Assembly (NCBI RefSeq): GCF_016127575.1
Contig: NZ_CP066018.1
Span: 3,510,001 to 3,542,000, forward strand
Reading direction: 5' to 3'
DNA from: Cupriavidus necator
GTDB lineage: Bacteria; Pseudomonadota; Gammaproteobacteria; Burkholderiales; Burkholderiaceae
DNA length: 32,000 bases
Part shown: piece after piece, positions 26,100 through 32,000 of the stretch
Layout of the letters: each line of letters begins with the position of its first letter
How positions within the stretch are numbered: position 1 is the stretch's first letter
Notes under the pieces: generated by a model
Database searches by the model: none
What the model was told of the DNA's origin: nothing
What the model saw: the letters and a program-made list of their open reading frames with translations, nothing else
Program-made: the position numbers and the translations under genes

Positions 26100-27049
26100 T
26101 GACTCTTCCTAGCGCGCAGGTCTCCCAGCGGCTCGCGCGGATTCAGCCAGTGGAACAATGGCAGGACGATCCGACCGACAGCCAGGAACGCAATCTGATA
26201 AAGGATGGCGGGCAACGAGTCCCGAGGCACTTCCCGCAACAGGTATTTCCGCGCGCTGGCCAGGTCCAGGCAGGCGACCTGCAGGAAATCGTCGCCGCGC
26301 TGGTAATCGAGTTCCCGCCGGCAGAGTTCGTTGGCGCGCTCGTCCCGATGCTTCGGCGCCTGCTCGAACGTTTTCTTGAGATTGTCCGAGCCGCCGGTAT
26401 AGGCATCGGTAATCACGAACCGCGCCTCGTCAAATCCCGCCGCCCCGTCAACGCCAAAGACATGCCGATGCGATTTCATGATCTCGCGGGCCACGCTCAG
26501 GTGTTCAAAGCTGCGCCGCGACGGCTCAAAGGGATTGGGATAGGCCGTGACAAAGACCTCGGCGACCTTGCCGATAATCGCCGGCACCTGGGTCACATTG
26601 CTGATCCAGATCGGGCGCAGGCCGCGGCGGAAGAAAAGCAGGATGCAGGTCAGCCCGTACAGCACCCAGGACAGTCCTTGCGTGCGATAGCCCGGATCGA
26701 CCATCACCAGCCCAAGGTGAATCGCCTCGACCGGGCGGGCCTTGACCTCGATCGGCATGACCGACAGCGCATTGAACGCAATCGGCTGGCCGCTGTCCCG
26801 GTCATAAAGCAGCGTGATCACGGCCCGCCGCAGCCTTTCAGGATCGCCGGAAAGCACCCCGTAATCGAGGTCCTTGCCGATTCCCCGCTGCACGATGCCG
26901 CGCATCTCGGCCAGCATGGCTTCGAGCTGCCGGGCATCCATCCACAAGCCGGGCCGCTCGACGACCCGGATCCGGACGGACCGGCTGGCCTTCAGGCTCA
27001 GGTCCAGGTAGCGCAGCCGTTGTCGAAAATGCCCGATGAATTTGAACAT
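26096..27049 (-). CDS. Atypical GNAT-like acyltransferase-fold protein, 317 aa (cassette gene 1)
   Basis: ATG at 27049 (MFKFIGHFRQRL...); the TTG at 27097 is an alternative, and neither has a strong SD. The only recognisable element is a GNAT motif-A-like strand-helix, AIHLGLVMVDPGYRTQGLSWVLYGL. The rest is unfamiliar to me. Confidence 0.55.
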   Translation of the reverse strand: MFKFIGHFRQRLRYLDLSLKASRSVRIRVVERPGLWMDARQLEAMLAEMRGIVQRGIGKDLDYGVLSGDPERLRRAVITLLYDRDSGQPIAFNALSVMPIEVKARPVEAIHLGLVMVDPGYRTQGLSWVLYGLTCILLFFRRGLRPIWISNVTQVPAIIGKVAEVFVTAYPNPFEPSRRSFEHLSVAREIMKSHRHVFGVDGAAGFDEARFVITDAYTGGSDNLKKTFEQAPKHRDERANELCRRELDYQRGDDFLQVACLDLASARKYLLREVPRDSLPAILYQIAFLAVGRIVLPLFHWLNPREPLGDLRARKSQ

Positions 27050-27266
27050 GCAGGTTTGGCTGGTGCCTTGTTCTTGTGTCGCCGGCCTGAAAGGCAAGTG
27101 TGGCTTGGAGCATATAACAGCACGTCCCCGGTGTCACGGGCGGGACAAAGCAAGCGCAGGGGGGCGGGCGTTCGCCTTTAGAACTCCGAGGGGCGGATCA
27201 GCGGCGTTGTGCGTCCACGACAACCCCACTTTCCGCTGAGGTTTCCGGCATAAGCAGCAATGCTAA

Positions 27267-27485
27267 GCTCACACGCCCACCGACGTGCGGCCCTACGTGG
27301 TGGTAAAGACCACGCTGAAGGATGCATCGGGCGCTCAGGTATGGAGCACCCGGTATATCTCCGCTAGCGCCGAGGCAAAGCCCTTCACCGGTGACAACGG
27401 CTGGTTCAAGGATGATGCCCGCCCGCTCAGGCTTGCCCTCGAGCAATCGCTCAAGCGCAGCATCGACGTAATGCTGCGCGACGTC
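27267..27485 (+). pseudogene. 3' fragment of an unidentified (soluble or lipoprotein-like) gene, fused in frame to an IS transposase tail
   Basis: The frame opens after TAA 27264-27266 and reads ..RPYVVVKTTLKDASGAQVWSTRYISASAEAKPFTGDNGWFKDDARPLRLALEQSLKRSIDVMLRDV. There is no credible start or SD and no family assignment. Confidence 0.25.
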
Positions 27486-27617
27486 GGACGGCTTCGACAA
27501 ACTGTATATCGTGGCCTCGAACGCGTGGACCAACACTTCAAGCTGACGATGATCGCCAGCAATTTGACCCGAATTGCACGAATACTGGCTGCGGTGCCGC
27601 GAGGAGCGGTGCAATGA
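27486..27617 (+). mobile_element. C-terminal remnant (about 43 codons) of an IS5/IS1182-type DDE transposase
   Basis: GRLRQTVYRGLERVDQHFKLTMIASNLTRIARIL resembles the conserved transposase tail (G-L-R-R-x-R-Y-R-G-L-x-K-V...A-x-N-L-x-R-[IL]). No upstream DDE catalytic region is present in any frame. Confidence 0.45.
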
Positions 27618-27732
27618 GCGGCCAAAGCGGGGCTGCCGCACGGCGCCATGCTGGCGCGCCTCGGAATTGGGGCACCCAATTGCATGGCATGGTAGGAATT
27701 CAGCGGCCATTTGCATGTTGAGTCGTGTTTAG

Positions 27733-28017
27733 CTGCGCTGCGCCCTTCGTGACGGAGTGCTTTTCAACAGCCTGCTAGAGCGCGACCTGGAGGACGCCAT
27801 CCTGCGCGAGCTGGAGCATTTTCTGCTGGAACTCGGAGCAGGCTTCACCTTTGTTGCTTGCCAGAAGCGGCTGCAGATTGACAACGACGACTTCTATATC
27901 GACCTGCTGTTCTACAATCGCCGGCTCAAACGCCTGGTGGCGATCGAGATGAAGCTGGGCGAGTTCAAGGCCGCCGACGAGGGACAGATGGAGCTCTACC
28001 TTCGCTGGCTCGCCAAG
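27733..28017 (+). pseudogene. Internal fragment of a YhcG-type PDDEXK nuclease (DUF1016) gene
   Basis: ERDLEDAILRELEHFLLELGAGFTFVACQKRLQIDNDDFYIDLLFYNRRLKRLVAIEMKLGEFKAADEGQMELYLRWLAK contains the PD-(D/E)xK core (D...IDLLFY...IELK-like IEMK) of DUF1016. The N-terminal half of about 200 aa is absent, and similarity ends after RWLAK. Confidence 0.6.
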
Positions 28018-28263
28018 CAGCGCAAGCCGCAGGCCATCGAAGATCCACCAGCCCACGCCCTTGTCAACACGGCCTGGGCGCCAGAAGCTGGCCAGAATAC
28101 CGGCCAGAAAGCCGTGCGATACGAAAGCAAAGAAACGGGTGAGACGCGTTCATATAGATTGCCCCATGACGGGCGCGCTGATACCCCTACCCGGGGCAGT
28201 GCAGAAGATCTCTGGCTCGGCTGGGCCTCAACTTGACTTTCGGAGATGCTCAGCCGCGGCCCA

Positions 28264-29355
28264 TCATGACGCCTGCCCCAGCGCGCGCATGGTCGCCCCG
28301 ACCAGAGGGGCCTTGAGCTTGAGCGCACGATTCTCTACCAGATGCCACGACAGCACCGCAAGCGCCAGCGTCACGACACCGGAAGACAGGAGCAACATCA
28401 TGACTGAGATGCCTGGAAACAAGGCGACGATCGACTGCTGGATCGGGAAGGCGTAGATATAGATGCCATACGAAAAGTCGCCCAGGCGGTTGTAGCGGAA
28501 CAGGGCAGGTAACTGAAGAAACGCTGCAAAAAGCACCAGGTATGGCATTGCCAACAGGTACATCAGCGCGAACACATGGTGATTCGGCACGAAGGCGCTG
28601 CCGACGACGGCGGCGAGCAGCAGCCCCGCGACGGGAGCGGACAGTTCCACGTGCGCGCTTAGGATGAACAGGCTGGCGCCCGCGAAGAACATCAGCGGCA
28701 ATGCTGTCTTCTGCATTGCAGAGCCGCCGAGGATTGCGAAGACGCAATACAGGAACGAGGCCGCCGTGACCACCAGTACCGCCGCACGGAACGCGCGCTG
28801 GTGAGCGGGCCATGCGACCATGGAGATGACCCATATCGCGGCCAGTGCGAAGTACATTCGGATCTCGTACATCATGGTCCACAGCGAGCCATTCACCGTA
28901 TCCGGATACGGATTGATCGCGAATACACCGGGCAAGGGATAGACTGCGCCGGCGACCAGCGTGGTCGTCTTCAGCAAGAACTGGCGCGTTGCCGGATCGA
29001 TGAGGTATGCAGAGGCCGGCAGCGCCGTGAACACCATGCCCAGGCCGAACACCACCAGCGTGACCATGACAAGCAGCGCCGGATAGATCCGCAGGAAGCG
29101 CGCCCACAGGAACTCGAGCACGCTTCCGCGCGTCAGCAGGCTTTTGGTCACGAGGAAGCCGCTGGTGACGAAAAACACGTCGACGGCAATCGTTCCGGGG
29201 GTCACCCCGATCAGCCTGCGCAAGGGCTCGTCATTGACGTCGCCGGAGACCAGTGAGTAACTGTGGGTGACAAGCACAGCGAGCGCGGCTGTGATCCGCA
29301 TCAGGTTGAAATTGTTTTCGTCCTTTCTTCCCCCGGCGACGTGCGCGAGCCTCAT
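28264..29355 (-). CDS. Acyltransferase family 3 (OafA/YrhL-type membrane O-acyltransferase), 363 aa
   Basis: ATG at 29355 (MRLAHVAGGRKDENNFNLMRITAALAVLVTHS) follows a GGGGGG SD. The family motifs NxxxxxR...A.xVxxxH and VDVFFVTSGFLV are present, in about 10 TM helices. Confidence 0.88.
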   Translation of the reverse strand: MRLAHVAGGRKDENNFNLMRITAALAVLVTHSYSLVSGDVNDEPLRRLIGVTPGTIAVDVFFVTSGFLVTKSLLTRGSVLEFLWARFLRIYPALLVMVTLVVFGLGMVFTALPASAYLIDPATRQFLLKTTTLVAGAVYPLPGVFAINPYPDTVNGSLWTMMYEIRMYFALAAIWVISMVAWPAHQRAFRAAVLVVTAASFLYCVFAILGGSAMQKTALPLMFFAGASLFILSAHVELSAPVAGLLLAAVVGSAFVPNHHVFALMYLLAMPYLVLFAAFLQLPALFRYNRLGDFSYGIYIYAFPIQQSIVALFPGISVMMLLLSSGVVTLALAVLSWHLVENRALKLKAPLVGATMRALGQAS

Positions 29356-29705
29356 ATGCCCCCCTTTTTCATTAAGCCGGCCTCGGTTGACGGAACGACG
29401 CCGACAGCTTCCGCTAGCTTCCGGCAAGCATAGACCGCAGTCTGGGCAGAATCAGGCGCATGTCCGATAGCGCCGAGGGATTGGCGGAATAGCCAGTGAG
29501 GCGAACGGCGGTGTCGTATCGCGCCGACACGGCAACCGTTGCTGCCGATGCGACTCTCGGCCGACTTTCTTACCCCGCGCATGCGCGCGACGTCCGTCAA
29601 TATCCGCCAAGTTCTCGGCACTTCCGGACAGGCGGCCGTTCCTGTCAGCCTTAGAAGCTATGATGCAAGCGGAAAATCGACCAGCACTGGATGGAGGCGG
29701 CAGCG

Positions 29706-29768
29706 ATGAAACATCCCGGCAACCCGTTGAAGGCCGTGATCGATGCTGAGCCAGGCAGGCCATCGTGA
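29706..29768 (+). CDS. Candidate 20-codon upstream ORF translationally coupled to the beta-helix gene
   Basis: GGAGG at 29693-29697 lies 8 nt before ATG 29706. The ORF reads MKHPGNPLKAVIDAEPGRPS, and its TGA (29766-29768) overlaps the GTG start (29765-29767) of the next gene as GTGA. There is no homology evidence. Confidence 0.25.
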   Translation: MKHPGNPLKAVIDAEPGRPS

Positions 29769-31060
29769 AGTCATCCCTACGCAGAGCCTGCGTCGCAGGC
29801 ACCATGCTGGCAGGTCTGGTCGCGGGTACTGTCGCCGTATTGACCGGTAGTCCGCGAGCTTCGGTCCGCGCGTTCGCCGCGGTAGGCGCGACGGCCGATG
29901 TATCGGTGCAGCCTGCACCCGGCGGCGCAGACCAGGCAGATAGCCTGCAGGCGGCGCTCGACAACCTGCAGGCGGGACAGCGCCTGGTGCTGGCGCCGGG
30001 CACCTATGTGGTGGGCCACGTGCTTGCAGTGCGCGGCGAGCAGGTTGTGGTATCGGGCTATGGCGCGACGCTGGTCGCCACGAACCCTGACGAGCAGGCC
30101 ATCATGATGACTGGCGCGAACTCGACGCTGGTTGGCGTGACGCTGACGGGCATCGGCACGCAGCGGCTCGAGTCGGCCACGTCGACCAAGGTCGCCGTGG
30201 ACGGACAGGGCATCCAGGTGCTCGATGTCAACATCAATGGCGGTGCGAGTGTCGGCATCTTTGTCTCGCGCGGCAGCAGCATTGCGCTGGTCGGCAACAA
30301 GGTCCATGGCACGCTGGCCGACGGCATCCACATCACAGGCGGTTCACGCGACGTGCTCGTGCAGGACAACGCGGTCACCGCCACCGGCGACGACATGGTG
30401 GGGATCGTCAGCTACCAGCGGGACGGTGTGCTCAGCCAGAACATCTACGTATCGGGAAATTATCTGGCAGGCAACGCGTGGGGCAGGGGCGTTGCTATCG
30501 TCGGCGGTGCCGACGTGACGGTCGCCGGCAACCGGATCGAAGGTGTGCAGAAGGCTGCGGCGGTGCTGGTGGCGCAGGAGGATGGCTACCGTACGGCCAG
30601 CGTGACCAATGTCCTGGTCGCGAACAATATCATCTCCGACGACCAGAACGCGACACAACCTGGGAACGACCGTCCCGCCGCAGGCCATGCAGCTATCGAC
30701 ATCAACACGGGCAGCGGAGCAGTGACGCAGGTACTGGTGACGGGAAACCAGGTAACGCGCGCGAGGTTCGACGGATTCCGGGCCATGAACAATGTTTGCG
30801 GCGTCCGCGTCTCAGGCAACCGCTTTGCTGCGATCGGTGGCCTCGCCCTGTCGCTGCAGTACCGAAACTGTACGGCGACGCAGTTTATCTGCGACGCCAA
30901 TACGCTCGATGGTGTGAGCCTCGCAGCCCCACCAGGATGTTCCAGCGCGGGCACCATCCCGATTTCCGGCGCGGACGCGGGCCGCCTGCCGCCGGTGCGT
31001 ACCTCCCTGCGCCAAGGCCTGCAGGCCTCGATGCCAGCGTGCCAGGCACGCTCGGGTTGA
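29765..31060 (+). CDS. Secreted right-handed parallel beta-helix repeat protein (pectate-lyase fold; probable polysaccharide lyase/hydrolase), 431 aa
   Basis: N-terminal signal-like segment MKSSLRRACVAGTMLAGLVAGTVAVLTGSPRASVRAFA. It is followed by periodic beta-helix coils of about 22-25 aa (..GVTLTG.., ..VNINGG.., ..VGNKVHG.., DGIHITGGS.., VQDNAV.., VSGNYL.., VAGNRIEG.., VANNII.., VTGNQV.., VSGNRF..). The start is uncertain: GTG 29765 or ATG 29804. Confidence 0.8.
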   Translation: MKSSLRRACVAGTMLAGLVAGTVAVLTGSPRASVRAFAAVGATADVSVQPAPGGADQADSLQAALDNLQAGQRLVLAPGTYVVGHVLAVRGEQVVVSGYGATLVATNPDEQAIMMTGANSTLVGVTLTGIGTQRLESATSTKVAVDGQGIQVLDVNINGGASVGIFVSRGSSIALVGNKVHGTLADGIHITGGSRDVLVQDNAVTATGDDMVGIVSYQRDGVLSQNIYVSGNYLAGNAWGRGVAIVGGADVTVAGNRIEGVQKAAAVLVAQEDGYRTASVTNVLVANNIISDDQNATQPGNDRPAAGHAAIDINTGSGAVTQVLVTGNQVTRARFDGFRAMNNVCGVRVSGNRFAAIGGLALSLQYRNCTATQFICDANTLDGVSLAAPPGCSSAGTIPISGADAGRLPPVRTSLRQGLQASMPACQARSG

Positions 31061-31114
31061 GGGAAGCCCACGCACAGCGCTTCGCCCCCGGTTGGCGCAA
31101 TCTGCGCAAGATGG

Positions 31115-32000
31115 TCACCTGACCCGCGGCGTTTCCGCCAACAGTTGCAGCAAGTATCTGCCGTAGTGGCTTTTTACGAGCGGGGAGGCGAGCCGACTCA
31201 ACTGCTCTGCATCGATCCAGCGATGACGGTACGCGATTTCTTCCGGGCATGCCACCATCAGCCCCTGGCGCTTCTGCAACGTGGAGACCAGCAGCGCCGC
31301 CTCGATGAGCGAATCATGCGTGCCGGTGTCGAGCCAGGCATAGCCGCGGCCCATGATGTCGACGCTTAGCTTGCCCGCTGCGAGGTAGCGCGAATTGATG
31401 TCGGTAATCTCCAGTTCGCCGCGGGCAGATGGCCGGATATCTGCCGCAATGTCGCACACCTCATGGTCGTAAAAGTACAGACCGGTCACCGCATAGCTGG
31501 ACCGTGGCGAAGCGGGCTTTTCCTCGATCGACAATGCGCGGAAGTCTTCATCGAATTCGACCACGCCATACCGCTCGGGATCGTGGACGTGATAGGCAAA
31601 TACCGTGGCGCCTTCCTCGCGTCGGCTCGTCCGGGTCAGTTGTCTGGCGAGATCGTGCCCATAGAAAATGTTGTCGCCGAGGATCAGCGCCGATGGATCC
31701 CGGCCGACAAACTCACGTCCGATGATAAATGCCTGCGCCAGCCCATCGGGCGAAGGCTGTTCCGCGTACCGGATGTCGAGACCCCACTGGCTGCCATCAC
31801 CGAGCATGCCGGCAAAGCGAGGGGTGTCCTGCGGGGTGGAAATGACCAGCACGTCGCGAATGCCGGCAGTCATCAACGTTGACAGCGGGTAGTAGATCAT
31901 CGGCTTGTCGTAGACCGGCAGCAGTTGCTTGGAAACGCTCTGCGTGACCGGATACAGTCGGGTGCCGGATCCACCGGCCAGAATGATGCCTTTTCGGGTC
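31115..32000 (-). CDS. rfbA: Glucose-1-phosphate thymidylyltransferase (RmlA/RfbA); the 5' end lies just beyond the right edge of the window
   Basis: The in-frame reverse complement up to the window edge reads (T)[55 protein letters not shown]... This is the canonical RmlA N-terminus, and the C-terminal region [15 protein letters not shown] is also present. The Met at 31900 in the track is internal. Confidence 0.93.
   Translation of the reverse strand, partial: TRKGIILAGGSGTRLYPVTQSVSKQLLPVYDKPMIYYPLSTLMTAGIRDVLVISTPQDTPRFAGMLGDGSQWGLDIRYAEQPSPDGLAQAFIIGREFVGRDPSALILGDNIFYGHDLARQLTRTSRREEGATVFAYHVHDPERYGVVEFDEDFRALSIEEKPASPRSSYAVTGLYFYDHEVCDIAADIRPSARGELEITDINSRYLAAGKLSVDIMGRGYAWLDTGTHDSLIEAALLVSTLQKRQGLMVACPEEIAYRHRWIDAEQLSRLASPLVKSHYGRYLLQLLAETPRVR

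Noticed and set aside
21871-27049. Interpreting the cassette as a TOMM/thiopeptide-type (YcaO + SagB + Ocin-ThiF-like), microcin C-like or ubiquitin-like conjugation (Bil, CBASS Cap2) system
   Set aside because: No YcaO, E2, JAB, ubiquitin-like, cyclase or MccA-type gene is present in or next to the operon. The ThiF-like protein also lacks the RRE/peptide-clamp or E2-fusion extensions those systems require.
27050-27300. Short precursor-peptide gene (RiPP or MccA-like) upstream of the cassette
   Set aside because: I translated the minus strand of this interval by hand. There is no ATG-initiated short ORF with an SD, and the only open stretches are GTG-initiated tails of shadow ORFs. I cannot exclude very short or internal peptides without a dedicated search.
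27665-27681. AATTGGG-gca-CCCAATT hairpin as a possible IS terminal repeat or terminator
   Set aside because: It is a 7-bp stem only, with no T-tract and no matching copy elsewhere in the window. That is not enough to call an IS end.
27198-27716. 172-aa minus-strand ORF across the scar region
   Set aside because: It has no start context and no recognisable motif, and it is antisense to the transposase-tail and unknown-gene fragments. It is likely spurious.

Overview
This is a high-GC, betaproteobacterial-type chromosomal segment. It looks Cupriavidus/Ralstonia-like, which I infer from two Bug/TctC-family periplasmic receptors next to catabolic genes and from codon style; this is not proven.

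Positions 1 to about 19.8 kb look like ordinary core or metabolic DNA:
- the 5' end of purT and an MFS transporter;
- a Bug receptor / crotonase / HSD10-type SDR / thiolase operon with a divergent IclR regulator;
- a second crotonase;
- a quinohemoprotein PQQ alcohol dehydrogenase whose SD and signal-peptide segment lies in a different reading frame from the enzyme body;
- a Bug receptor + amidase pair, and an EAL-domain gene remnant;
- a six-gene group-2 Mrp/Pha cation:proton antiporter operon (fused A/B, then C, D, E, F, G) followed by a SAM methyltransferase.

From about 19.9 kb to 31.1 kb the DNA is visibly less GC-rich and looks accessory:
- a frameshifted and truncated MgtC/DUF4010-like remnant;
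- a di-haem (2x CxxCH) lipoprotein;
- a five-gene, translationally coupled cassette on the minus strand, in transcription order: atypical GNAT-like, ThiF/E1-like adenylyltransferase, polytopic membrane protein, large GNAT-like protein, Acg-type nitroreductase-like protein. I cannot assign it to any described pathway, and it is my main candidate for an undescribed system;
- a scar of three unrelated gene fragments (unknown 3' fragment, IS transposase tail, YhcG/PDDEXK fragment);
- an acyltransferase-3 gene, a secreted beta-helix protein and the 3' part of rfbA/rmlA.

I recognised no rRNA, tRNA or CRISPR array by eye. Many long ORFs in the supplied track are GC-driven shadow ORFs or 5'-over-extended. 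Starts were re-picked from SD sequences, start/stop overlaps and conserved N-termini.
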